From NCBI GenBank assembly GCA_964016885.1, contig OZ024758.1:33914001-33978000 (forward strand): DNA of 64,000 nt, read 5' to 3'. The translations under genes and the position numbers were made by a program. The stretch is from Eledone cirrhosa. Lineage: Eukaryota. Shown here piece after piece: positions 25,801 through 39,150 of this stretch (position 1 is its first letter; the number at the start of each line of letters is the position of its first letter). The notes beneath the pieces are model-generated. The model was given only the letters and a program-made list of their open reading frames with translations. It was not told the origin of the DNA and did no database searches.

Positions 25801-28800
25801 CATGGTATTAGTTGTCAGAAGTAACTCCACTGTTGGTGAGAATTCATTTAAGTCATGGTATTAGTTGTCAGAAGTAACTCCAATGTTGGTGAGAATTCAT
25901 TTAAGTTCATGGTACTAGCTGTCAGAAGTAACTCCACTGTTGGTGAGAATTCATTTAAGTTCATGGTATTAGCTGTCAGAAGTAACTCCACTGTTGGTGA
26001 GAATTCATTTAAGTCATGGTATTAGCTGTCAGAAGTAACTCCATTGTTGGTGAGAATTCATTTAAGTCATGGTACTAGCTGTCAGAAGTAACACCACTGT
26101 TGGTGTGAATTCATTTAAGTTCATGGTATTAGCTGACAGAAGGAACTCCACTGTTGGTGAGAATTCATTTAAGTTCATGGTACTAGCTGTCAGAAGTAAC
26201 TCCACTGTTGGTGAGAATTCATTTAAGTTCATGGTATGACTTTGTCAGAAGTAACTCCACTGTTGGTGAGAATTCATTTAAGTCATGGTATTAGTTGTCA
26301 GAAGTAACTCCAATGTTGGTGAGAATTCATTTAAGTCATGGTACTAGCTGTCAGAAGTAACTCCAATGTTGGTGAGAATTCATTTAAGTTCATGGTATTA
26401 GCTGTCAGAAGGAACTCCACTGTTGGTGAGAATTCATTTAAGTTCATGGTATTAGCTGTCAGAAGTAACTCCACTCTTGGTGAGAATTCATTTAAGTTCA
26501 TGGTACTAGCTGTCAGAAGTAACTCCAATGTTGGTGAGAATTCATTTAAGATCATGGTATTAGCTGTCAGAAGTAACTCCACTGTTGGTGAGAATTCATT
26601 TAAGTCATGGTATTAGCTGTCAGAAGTAACTCCAATGTTGGTGAGAATTCATTTAAGTTCATGGTATTAGCTGTCAGAAGTAACTCCAATGTTGGTGAGA
26701 ATTCATTTAAGTTCATGGTATTAGCTGTCAGAAGGAACTCCACTGTTGGTGAGAATTCATTTAAGTTCATGGTATTAGCTGTCAGAAGTAACTCCACTGT
26801 TGGTGAGAATTCATTTAAGTCATGGTATTAGCTGTCAGAAGTAACTCCATTGTTGGTGAGAACTCATTTAAGTCATGGTACTAGCTGTCAGAAGTAACTC
26901 CACTGTTGGTGAGAATTCATTTAAGTTCATGGTATTAGTTTGTCAGAAGTAACTCCACTGTTGGTGAGAATTCATTTAAGTCATGGTATTAGTTGTCAGA
27001 AGTAACTCCAATGTTGGTGAGAATTCATTTAAGTTCATGGTATTAGCTGTCAGAAGTAACTCCACTCTTGGTGAGAATTCATTTAAGTTCATGGTACTAG
27101 CTGTCAGAAGTAACTCCAATGTTGGTGAGAATTCATTTAAGATCATGGTATTAGCTGTCAGAAGTAACTCCACTGTTGGTGAGAATTCATTTAAGTCATG
27201 GTATTAGCTGTCAGAAGTAACTCCAATGTTGGTGAGAATTCATTTAAGTTCATGGTATTAGCTGTCAGAAGTAACTCCAATGTTGGTGAGAATTCATTTA
27301 AGTTCATGGTATTAGCTGTCAGAAGGAACTCCACTGTTGGTGAGAATTCATTTAAGTTCATGGTATTAGCTGTCAGAAGTAACTCCACTGTTGGTGAGAA
27401 TTCATTTAAGTCATGGTATTAGCTGTCAGAAGTAACTCCATTGTTGGTGAGAACTCATTTAAGTCATGGTACTAGCTGTCAGAAGTAACTCCACTGTTGG
27501 TGAGAATTCATTTAAGTTCATGGTATTAGTTTGTCAGAAGTAACTCCACTGTTGGTGAGAATTCATTTAAGTCATGGTATTAGTTGTCAGAAGTAACTCC
27601 AATGTTGGTGAGAATTCATTTAAGTTCATGGTATTAGCTGTCAGAAGTAACTCCACTGTTGGTGAGAATTCATTTAAGTCATGGTATTAGCTGTCAGAAG
27701 TAACTCCAATGTTGGTGAGAATTCATTTAAGTTCATGGTATTAGCTGTCAGAAGTAACTCCACTGTTGGTGAGAATTCATTTAAGTCATGGTATTAGCTG
27801 TCAGAAGTAACTCCATTGTTGGCGAGAATTCATTTAAGTCATGGTACTAGCTGTCAGAAGTAACTCCACTGTTGGTGAGAATTCATTTAAGTTCATGGTA
27901 TTAGTTTGTCAGAAGTAACTCCACTGTTGGTGAGAATTCATTTAAGTCATGGTATTAGTTGTCAGAAGTAACTCCAATGTTGGTGAGAATTCATTTAAGT
28001 TCATGGTACTAGCTGTCAGAAGTAACTCCATTGTTGGTGAGAATTCATTTAAGTTCATGGTACTAGCTGTCAGAAGTAACTCCACTGTTGGTGAGAATTC
28101 ATTTAAGTTCATGGTGTTAGCTGTCAGAAGTCACTCCACTGTTGGTGAGAATTCATTTAAGTTCATGGTACTAGCTGTCAGAAGTAACCCCAATGTTGGT
28201 GAGAATTCATTTATGTTCATGGTATTAGCTGTCAGAAGTCACTCCAATGTTGGTTAGAATTCATTTAAGTTCATGGTATTAGCTGTCAGAAGTAACTCCA
28301 CTGTTGGTGAGAATTCATTTAAGTTCATGGTATTAGCTGTCAGAAGTAACTCCACTGTTGGTGAGAATTCATTTAAGTTCATGGTATTAGCTGTCAGAAG
28401 TAACTCCACTGTTGGTGAGAATTCATTTAAGTTCATGGTATTAGCTGTCAGAAGGAACTCCAATGTTGGTGAGAATTCATTTAAGTCATGGTACTAGCTG
28501 TCAGAAGTAACTCCACTGTTGGTGAGAATTCATTTAAGTTCATGGTATTAGCTGTCAGAAGGAACGCCACTGTTGCTGAGAATTCATTTAAGTTCATGGT
28601 ATTAGCTGTCAGAAGTAACTCCACTGTTGGTGAGAATTCATTTAAGTTCATGGTACTAGCTGTCAGAAGTAACTCCAATGTTGGTGAGAATTCATTTAAG
28701 TTCATGGTATTAGCTGTCAGAAGGAACTCCACTGTTGGTGAGAATTCATTTAAGTTCATGGTATTAGCTGTCAGAAGTAACTCCACTGTTGGTGAGAATT

Positions 28801-29550
28801 CATTTAAGTTCATGGTACTAGTTGTCAGAAGTAACTCCACTGTTGGTGAGAATTCATTTAAGTTCATGGTATTAGTTGTCAGAAGTAACTCCACTGTTGG
28901 TGAGAATTCATTTAAGTCATGGTATTAGTTGTCAGAAGTAACTCCAATGTTGGTGAGAATTCATTTAAGTTCATGGTACTAGCTGTCAGAAGTAACTCCA
29001 CTGTTGGTGAGAATTCATTTAAGTTCATGGTATTAGCTGTCAGAAGTAACTCCACTGTTGGTGAGAATTCATTTAAGTCATGGTATTAGCTGTCAGAAGT
29101 AACTCCATTGTTGGTGAGAATTCATTTAAGTCATGGTACTAGCTGTCAGAAGTAACACCACTGTTGGTGTGAATTCATTTAAGTTCATGGTATTAGCTGA
29201 CAGAAGGAACTCCACTGTTGGTGAGAATTCATTTAAGTTCATGGTACTAGCTGTCAGAAGTAACTCCACTGTTGGTGAGAATTCATTTAAGTTCATGGTA
29301 TGACTTTGTCAGAAGTAACTCCACTGTTGGTGAGAATTCATTTAAGTCATGGTATTAGTTGTCAGAAGTAACTCCAATGTTGGTGAGAATTCATTTAAGT
29401 CATGGTACTAGCTGTCAGAAGTAACTCCAATGTTGGTGAGAATTCATTTAAGTTCATGGTATTAGCTGTCAGAAGGAACTCCACTGTTGGTGAGAATTCA
29501 TTTAAGTTCATGGTATTAGCTGTCAGAAGTAACTCCACTCTTGGTGAGAA
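22900..29550. repeat. Block duplication at 4839-bp offset (~90 monomers)
   Basis: ATGGTGTTAG (~23275 and ~28114) and ACGCCACTGTTGCTGAG (~23735 and ~28574) are shared. ORF pairs are 23110/27949, 23434/28273 and 23649/28488. Confidence 0.85.
26430..27650. repeat. Tandem duplication of an 11-monomer block (591-bp offset)
   Basis: The EcoRI-destroying variant GAACTC has its C at 26863 and 27454. ORFs start at 26607 and 27198. Confidence 0.88.
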
Positions 29551-29899
29551 TTCATTTAAGTTCATGGTACTAGCTGTCAGAAGTAACTCCAATGTTGGTG
29601 AGAATTCATTTAAGATCATGGTATTAGCTGTCAGAAGTAACTCCACTGTTGGTGAGAATTCATTTAAGTCATGGTATTAGCTGTCAGAAGTAACTCCAAT
29701 GTTGGTGAGAATTCATTTAAGTTCATGGTATTAGCTGTCAGAAGTAACTCCAATGTTGGTGAGAATTCATTTAAGTTCATGGTATTAGCTGTCAGAAGGA
29801 ACTCCACTGTTGGTGAGAATTCATTTAAGTTCATGGTATTAGCTGTCAGAAGTAACTCCACTGTTGGTGAGAATTCATTTAAGTCATGGTATTAGCTGT

Positions 29900-32800
29900 C
29901 AGAAGTAACTCCATTGTTGGTGAGAACTCATTTAAGTCATGGTACTAGCTGTCAGAAGTAACTCCACTGTTGGTGAGAATTCATTTAAGTTCATGGTATT
30001 AGTTTGTCAGAAGTAACTCCACTGTTGGTGAGAATTCATTTAAGTCATGGTATTAGTTGTCAGAAGTAACTCCAATGTTGGTGAGAATTCATTTAAGTTC
30101 ATGGTACTAGCTGTCAGAAGTAACTCCATTGTTGGTGAGAATTCATTTAAGTTCATGGTACTAGCTGTCAGAAGTAACTCCACTGTTGGTGAGAATTCAT
30201 TTAAGTTCATGGTATTAGCTGTCAGAAGTCACTCCACCGTTGGTGAGAATTCATTTAAGTTCATGGTACTAGCTGTCAGAAGTAACCCCAATGTTGGTGA
30301 GAATTCATTTATGTTCATGGTATTAGCTCTCAGAAGTCACTCCAATGTTGGTTAGAATTCATTTAAGTTCATGGTATTAGCTGTCAGAAGTAACTCCACT
30401 GTTGGTGAGAATTCATTTAAGTTCATGGTATTAGCTGTCAGAAGTAACTCCACTGTTGGTGAGAATTCATTTAAGTTCATGGTATTAGCTGTCAGAAGTA
30501 ACTCCACTGTTGGTGAGAATTCATTTAAGTTCATGGTATTAGCTGTTTAGAAGGAACTCCAATGTTGGTGAGAATTCATTTAAGTCATGGTACTAGCTGT
30601 CAGAAGTAACTCCACTGTTGGTGAGAATTCATTTAAGTTCATGGTATTAGCTGTCAGAAGGAACGCCACTGTTGGTGAGAATTCATTTAAGTTCATGGTA
30701 TTAGCTGTCAGAAGTAACTCCACTGTTGGTGAGAATTCATTTAAGTTCATGGTACTAGCTGTCAGAAGTAACTCCAATGTTGGTGAGAATTCATTTAAGT
30801 TCATGGTATTAGCTGTCAGAAGGAACTCCACTGTTGGTGAGAATTCATTTAAGTTCATGGTATTAGCTGTCAGAAGTAACTCCACTGTTGGTGAGAATTC
30901 ATTTAAGTTCATGGTACTAGTTGTCAGAAGTAACTCCAATGTTGGTGAGAATTCATTTAAGTTCATGGTACTAGCTGTCAGAAGTAACTCCACTGTTGGT
31001 GAGAATTCATTTAAGTTCATGGTATTAGCTGTCAGAAGTAACTCCACTGTTGGTGAGAATTCATTTAAGTTCATGGTACTAGCTGTCAGAAGTAACTCCA
31101 CTGTTGGTGAGAATTCATTTAAGTTCATGGTATGACTTTGTCAGAAGTAACTCCACTGTTGGTGAGAATTCATTTAAGTCATGGTATTAGTTGTCAGAAG
31201 TAACTCCAATGTTGGTGAGAATTCATTTAAGTCATGGTACTAGCTGTCAGAAGTAACTCCAATGTTGGTGAGAATTCATTTAAGTTCATGGTATTAGCTG
31301 TCAGAAGGAACTCCACTGTTGGTGAGAATTCATTTAAGTTCATGGTATTAGCTGTCAGAAGTAACCCCACTCTTGGTGAGAATTCATTTAAGTTCATGGT
31401 ACTAGCTGTCAGAAGTAACTCCAATGTTGGTGAGAATTCATTTAAGTTCATGGTATTAGCTGTCAGAAGTAACTCCACTGTTGGTGAGAATTCATTTAAG
31501 TCATGGTATTAGCTGTCAGAAGTAACTCCAATGTTGGTGAGAATTCATTTAAGTTCATGGTATTAGCTGTCAGAAGTAACTCCACTGTTGGTGAGAATTC
31601 ATTTAAGTTCATGGTATTAGCTGTCAGAAGTAACTCCACAGTTGGTGAGAATTCATTTAAGTTCATGGTACTAGCTGTCAGAAGTAACTCCACTGTTGGT
31701 GAGAATTCATTTAAGTTCATGGTATTAGTTTGTCAGAAGTAACTCCACTGTTGGTGAGAATTCATTTAAGTTCATAGTATTAGCTGTCAGAAGGAACGCC
31801 ACTGTTGGTGAGAATTCATTTAAGTTCATGGTATTAGCTGTCAGAAGTAACTCCACTGTTGGTGAGAATTCATTTAAGTTCATGGTACTAGCTGTCAGAA
31901 GTAACTCCAATGTTGGTGAGAATTCATTTAAGTTCATGGTATTAGCTGTCAGAAGGAACTCCACTGTTGGTGAGAATTCATTTAAGTTCATGGTATTAGC
32001 TGTCAGAAGTAACTCCACTGTTGGTGAGAATTCATTTAAGCCATGGTATTAGCTGTCAGAAGTAACTCCATTGTTGGTGAGAATTCATTTAAGTCATGGT
32101 ACTAGCTGTCAGAAGTAACTCCACTGTTGTTGAGAATTCATTTAAGTTCATGGTATTAGTTTGTCAGAAGTAACTCCACTGTTGGTGAGAATTCATTTAA
32201 GTCATGGTATTAGTTGTCAGAAGTAACTCCAATGTTGGTGAGAATTCATTTAAGTTCATGGTACTAGCTGTCAGAAGTAACTCCATTGTTGGTGAGAATT
32301 CATTTAAGTTCATGGTACTAGCTGTCAGAAGTAACTCCATTGTTGGTGAGAATTCATTTAAGTTCATGGTATTAGTTTGTCAGAAGTAACTCCACTGTTG
32401 GTGAGAATTCATTTAAGTCATGGTATTAGTTGTCAGAAGTAACTCCAATGTTGGTGAGAATTCATTTAAGTCATGGTACTAGCTGTCAGAAGTAACTCCA
32501 ATGTTGGTGAGAATTCATTTAAGTTCATGGTATTAGCTGTCAGAAGGAACTCCACTGTTGGTGAGAATTCATTTAAGTTCATGGTATTAGCTGTCAGAAG
32601 TAACTCAACTGTTGGTGAGAATTCATTTAAGTTCATGGTACTAGCTGTCAGAAGTAACTCCAATGTTGGTGAGAATTCATTTAAGTTCATGGTATTAGCT
32701 GTCAGAAGTAACTCCACTGTTGGTGAGAATTCATTTAAGTCATGGTATTAGCTGTCAGAAGTAACTCCAATGTTGGTGAGAATTCATTTAAGTTCATGGT

Positions 32801-35800
32801 ATTAGCTGTCAGAAGTAACTCCACTGTTGGTGAGAATTCATTTAAGTTCATGGTATTAGTTGTCAGAAGTAACTCCACTGTTGGTGAGAATTCATTTAAG
32901 TTCATGGTACTAGCTGTCAGAAGTAACTCCACTGTTGGTGAGAATTCATTTAAGTCATGGTATTAGCTGTCAGAAGTAACTCCATTGTTGGTGAGAATTC
33001 ATTTAAGTCATGGTACTAGCTGTCAGAAGTAACTCCACTGTTGGTGTGAATTCATTTAAGTTCATGGTATTAGCTGACAGAAGGAACTCCACTGTTGGTG
33101 AGAATTCATTTAAGTCATGGTACTAGCTGTCAGAAGTAACTCCACTGTTGTTGAGAATTCATTTAAGTCATGGTATTAGTTGTCAGAAGTAACTCCAATG
33201 TTGGTGAGAATTCATTTAAGTTCATGGTACTAGCTGTCAGAAGTAACTCCACTGTTGGTGAGAATTCATTTAAGTTCGTGGTATTAGCTGTCAGAAGTAA
33301 CTCCACTGTTGGTGAGAATTCATTTAAGTTCATGGTATTAGCTGTCAGAAGTAACTCAACTGTTGGTGAGAATTCATTTAAGTTCATGGTACTAGCTGTC
33401 AGAAGTAACTCCAATGTTGGTGAGAATTCATTTAAGTTCATGGTATTAGCTGTCAGAAGTAACTCCACTCTTGGTGAGAATTCATTTAAGTTCATGGTAC
33501 TAGCTGTCAGAAGTAACTCCAATGTTGGTGAGAATTCATTTAAGATCATGGTATTAGCTGTCAGAAGTAACTCCACTGTTGGTGAGAATTCATTTAAGTC
33601 ATGGTATTAGCTGTCAGAAGTAACTCCAATGTTGGTGAGAATTCATTTAAGTTCATGGTATTAGCTGTCAGAAGTAACTCCAATGTTGGTGAGAATTCAT
33701 TTAAGTTCATGGTATTAGCTGTCAGAAGGAACTCCACTGTTGGTGAGAATTCATTTAAGTTCATGGTATTAGCTGTCAGAAGTAACTCCACTGTTGGTGA
33801 GAATTCATTTAAGTCATGGTATTAGCTGTCAGAAGTAACTCCATTGTTGGTGAGAATTCATTTAAGTCATGGTACTAGCTGTCAGAAGTAACTCCACTGT
33901 TGGTGAGAATTCATTTAAGTTCATGGTATTAGTTTGTCAGAAGTAACTCCACTGTTGGTGTGAATTCATTTAAGTTCATGGTATTAGCTGACAGAAGGAA
34001 CTCCACTGTTGGTGAGAATTCATTTAAGTTCATGGTACTAGCTGTCAGAAGTAACTCCACTGTTGGTGAGAATTCATTTAAGTTCATGGTATGACTTTGT
34101 CAGAAGTAACTCCACTGTTGGTGAGAATTCATTTAAGTCATGGTATTAGTTGTCAGAAGTAACTCCAATGTTGGTGAGAATTCATTTAAGTCATGGTACT
34201 AGCTGTCAGAAGTAACTCCAATGTTGGTGAGAATTCATTTAAGTTCATGGTATTAGCTGTCAGAAGGAACTCCACTGTTGGTGAGAATTCATTTAAGTTC
34301 ATGGTATTAGCTGTCAGAAGTAACTCCACTCTTGGTGAGAATTCATTTAAGTTCATGGTACTAGCTGTCAGAAGTAACTCCAATGTTGGTGAGAATTCAT
34401 TTAAGATCATGGTATTAGCTGTCAGAAGTAACTCCACTGTTGGTGAGAATTCATTTAAGTGATGGTATTAGCTGTCAGAAGTAACTCCAATGTTGGTGAG
34501 AATTCATTTAAGTTCATGGTATTAGCTGTCAGAAGTAACTCCAATGTTGGTGAGAATTCATTTAAGTTCATGGTATTAGCTGTCAGAAGGAACTCCACTG
34601 TTGGTGAGAATTCATTTAAGTTCATGGTATTAGCTGTCAGAAGTAACTCCACTGTTGGTGAGAATTCATTTAAGTCATGGTATTAGCTGTCAGAAGTAAC
34701 TCCATTGTTGGTGAGAATTCATTTAAGTCATGGTACTAGCTGTCAGAAGTAACTCCACTGTTGGTGAGAATTCATTTAAGTTCATGGTATTAGTTTGTCA
34801 GAAGTAACTCCACTGTTGGTGTGAATTCATTTAAGTTCATGGTATTAGCTGACAGAAGGAACTCCACTGTTGGTGAGAATTCATTTAAGTTCATGGTACT
34901 AGCTGTCAGAAGTAACTCCACTGTTGGTGAGAATTCATTTAAGTTCATGGTATGACTTTGTCAGAAGTAACTCCACTGTTGGTGAGAATTCATTTAAGTC
35001 ATGGTATTAGTTGTCAGAAGTAACTCCAATGTTGGTGAGAATTCATTTAAGTCATGGTACTAGCTGTCAGAAGTAACTCCAATGTTGGTGAGAATTCATT
35101 TAAGTTCATGGTATTAGCTGTCAGAAGGAACTCCACTGTTGGTGAGAATTCATTTAAGTTCATGGTATTAGCTGTCAGAAGTAACTCCACTCTTGGTGAG
35201 AATTCATTTAAGTTCATGGTACTAGCTGTCAGAAGTAACTCCAATGTTGGTGAGAATTCATTTAAGATCATGGTATTAGCTGTCAGAAGTAACTCCACTG
35301 TTGGTGAGAATTCATTTAAGTCATGGTATTAGCTGTCAGAAGTAACTCCAATGTTGGTGAGAATTCATTTAAGTTCATGGTATTAGCTGTCAGAAGTAAC
35401 TCCAATGTTGGTGAGAATTCATTTAAGTTCATGGTATTAGCTGTCAGAAGGAACTCCACTGTTGGTGAGAATTCATTTAAGTTCATGGTATTAGCTGTCA
35501 GAAGTAACTCCACTGTTGGTGAGAATTCATTTAAGTCATGGTATTAGCTGTCAGAAGTAACTCCATTGTTGGTGAGAATTCATTTAAGTCATGGTACTAG
35601 CTGTCAGAAGTAACTCCACTGTTGGTGAGAATTCATTTAAGTTCATGGTATTAGTTTGTCAGAAGTAACTCCACTGTTGGTGAGAATTCATTTAAGTCAT
35701 GGTATTAGTTGTCAGAAGTAACTCCAATGTTGGTGAGAATTCATTTAAGTTCATGGTACTAGCTGTCAGAAGTAACTCCATTGTTGGTGAGAATTCATTT

Positions 35801-38800
35801 AAGTTCATGGTACTAGCTGTCAGAAGTAACTCCACTGTTGGTGAGAATTCATTTAAGTTCATGGTATTAGCTGTCAGAAGTCACTCCACCGTTGGTGAGA
35901 ATTCATTTAAGTTCATGGTACTAGCTGTCAGAAGTAACCCCAATGTTGGTGAGAATTCATTTATGTTCATGGTATTAGCTCTCAGAAGTCACTCCAATGT
36001 TGGTTAGAATTCATTTAAGTTCATGGTATTAGCTGTCAGAAGTAACTCCACTGTTGGTGAGAATTCATTTAAGTTCATGGTATTAGCTGTCAGAAGTAAC
36101 TCCACTGTTGGTGAGAATTCATTTAAGTTCATGGTATTAGCTGTCAGAAGTAACTCCACTGTTGGTGAGAATTCATTTAAGTTCATGGTATTAGCTGTTT
36201 AGAAGGAACTCCAATGTTGGTGAGAATTCATTTAAGTCATGGTACTAGCTGTCAGAAGTAACTCCACTGTTGGTGAGAATTCATTTAAGTTCATGGTATT
36301 AGCTGTCAGAAGGAACGCCACTGTTGGTGAGAATTCATTTAAGTTCATGGTATTAGCTGTCAGAAGTAACTCCACTGTTGGTGAGAATTCATTTAAGTTC
36401 ATGGTACTAGCTGTCAGAAGTAACTCCAATGTTGGTGAGAATTCATTTAAGTTCATGGTATTAGCTGTCAGAAGGAACTCCACTGTTGGTGAGAATTCAT
36501 TTAAGTTCATGGTATTAGCTGTCAGAAGTAACTCCACTGTTGGTGAGAATTCATTTAAGTTCATGGTACTAGTTGTCAGAAGTAACTCCACTGTTGGTGA
36601 GAATTCATTTAAGTTCATGGTATTAGTTGTCAGAAGTAACTCCACTGTTGGTGAGAATTCATTTAAGTCATGGTATTAGTTGTCAGAAGTAACTCCAATG
36701 TTGGTGAGAATTCATTTAAGTTCATGGTACTAGCTGTCAGAAGTAACTCCACTGTTGGTGAGAATTCATTTAAGTTCATGGTATTAGCTGTCAGAAGTAA
36801 CTCCACTGTTGGTGAGAATTCATTTAAGTTCATGGTACTAGCTGTCAGAAGTAACTCCACTGTTGGTGAGAATTCATTTAAGTTCATGGTATGACTTTGT
36901 CAGAAGTAACTCCACTGTTGGTGAGAATTCATTTAAGTCATGGTATTAGTTGTCAGAAGTAACTCCAATGTTGGTGAGAATTCATTTAAGTTCATGGTAT
37001 TAGCTGTCAGAAGGAACTCCACTGTTGGTGAGAATTCATTTAAGTTCATGGTATTAGCTGTCAGAAGTAACCCCACTCTTGGTGAGAATTCATTTAAGTT
37101 CATGGTACTAGCTGTCAGAAGTAACTCCAATGTTGGTGAGAATTCATTTAAGTTCATGGTATTAGCTGTCAGAAGTAACTCCACTGTTGGTGAGAATTCA
37201 TTTAAGTCATGGTATTAGCTGTCAGAAGTAACTCCAATGTTGGTGAGAATTCATTTAAGTTCATGGTATTAGCTGTCAGAAGTAACTCCACTGTTGGTGA
37301 GAATTCATTTAAGTTCATGGTATTAGCTGTCAGAAGTAACTCCACTGTTGGTGAGAATTCATTTAAGTTCATGGTACTAGCTGTCAGAAGTAACTCCACT
37401 GTTGGTGAGAATTCATTTAAGTTCATGGTATTAGTTTGTCAGAAGTAACTCCACTGTTGGTGAGAATTCATTTAAGTTCATAGTATTAGCTGTCAGAAGG
37501 AACGCCACTGTTGGTGAGAATTCATTTAAGTTCATGGTATTAGCTGTCAGAAGTAACTCCACTGTTGGTGAGAATTCATTTAAGTTCATGGTACTAGCTG
37601 TCAGAAGTAACTCCAATGTTGGTGAGAATTCATTTAAGTTCATGGTATTAGCTGTCAGAAGGAACTCCACTGTTGGTGAGAATTCATTTAAGTTCATGGT
37701 ATTAGCTGTCAGAAGTAACTCCACTGTTGGTGAGAATTCATTTAAGCCATGGTATTAGCTGTCAGAAGTAACTCCATTGTTGGTGAGAATTCATTTAAGT
37801 CATGGTACTAGCTGTCAGAAGTAACTCCACTGTTGTTGAGAATTCATTTAAGTTCATGGTATTAGTTTGTCAGAAGTAACTCCACTGTTGGTGAGAATTC
37901 ATTTAAGTCATGGTATTAGTTGTCAGAAGTAACTCCAATGTTGGTGAGAATTCATTTAAGTTCATGGTACTAGCTGTCAGAAGTAACTCCATTGTTGGTG
38001 AGAATTCATTTAAGTTCATGGTACTAGCTGTCAGAAGTAACTCCATTGTTGGTGAGAATTCATTTAAGTTCATGGTATTAGTTTGTCAGAAGTAACTCCA
38101 CTGTTGGTGAGAATTCATTTAAGTCATGGTATTAGTTGTCAGAAGTAACTCCAATGTTGGTGAGAATTCATTTAAGTCATGGTACTAGCTGTCAGAAGTA
38201 ACTCCAACGTTGGTGAGAATTCATTTAAGTTCATGGTATTAGCTGTCAGAAGGAACTCCACTGTTGGTGAGAATTCATTTAAGTTCATGGTATTAGCTGT
38301 CAGAAGTAACTCAACTGTCGGTGAGAATTCATTTAAGTTCATGGTACTAGCTGTCAGAAGTAACTCCAATGTTGGTGAGAATTCATTTAAGTTCATGGTA
38401 TTAGCTGTCAGAAGTAACTCCACTGTTGGTGAGAATTCATTTAAGTCATGGTATTAGCTGTCAGAAGTAACTCCAATGTTGGTGAGAATTCATTTAAGTT
38501 CATGGTATTAGCTGTCAGAAGTAACTCCACTGTTGGTGAGAATTCATTTAAGTTCATGGTATTAGCTGTCAGAAGTAACTCCACTGTTGGTGAGAATTCA
38601 TTTAAGTTCATGGTACTAGCTGTCAGAAGTAACTCCACTGTTGGTGAGAATTCATTTAAGTCATGGTACTAGCTGTCAGAAGTAACTCCACTGTTGGTGT
38701 GAATTCATTTAAGTTCATGGTATTAGCTGACAGAAGGAACTCCACTGTTGGTGAGAATTCATTTAAGTCATGGTACTAGCTGTCAGAAGTAACTCCACTG

Positions 38801-39150
38801 TTGTTGAGAATTCATTTAAGTCATGGTATTAGTTGTCAGAAGTAACTCCAATGTTGGTGAGAATTCATTTAAGTTCATGGTACTAGCTGTCAGAAGTAAC
38901 TCCACTGTTGGTGAGAATTCATTTAAGTTCGTGGTATTAGCTGTCAGAAGTAACTCCACTGTTGGTGAGAATTCATTTAAGTTCATGGTATTAGCTGTCA
39001 GAAGTAACTCAACTGTTGGTGAGAATTCATTTAAGTTCATGGTACTAGCTGTCAGAAGTAACTCCAATGTTGGTGAGAATTCATTTAAGTTCATGGTATT
39101 AGCTGTCAGAAGTAACTCCACTGTTGGTGAGAATTCATTTAAGTCATGGT
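29900..39150. repeat. Block duplication at ~5.7-kb offset (5652/5706/5653)
   Basis: ORF pairs 30047/35699, 31503/37209, 31828/37534, 32204/37910, 32473/38179 and 33170/38823. Shared variants AACCCCACTCTT, AAGCCATGGTATT and GCTGTTTAGAAGG. Confidence 0.85.
33430..35680. repeat. About 2.6 tandem copies of a 16-monomer unit (861-bp period)
   Basis: AAGATCATGG at ~33543, ~34404 and ~35265. ORF starts 34193/35054 differ by 861, and 33601/35323 differ by 2 x 861. Confidence 0.88.
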
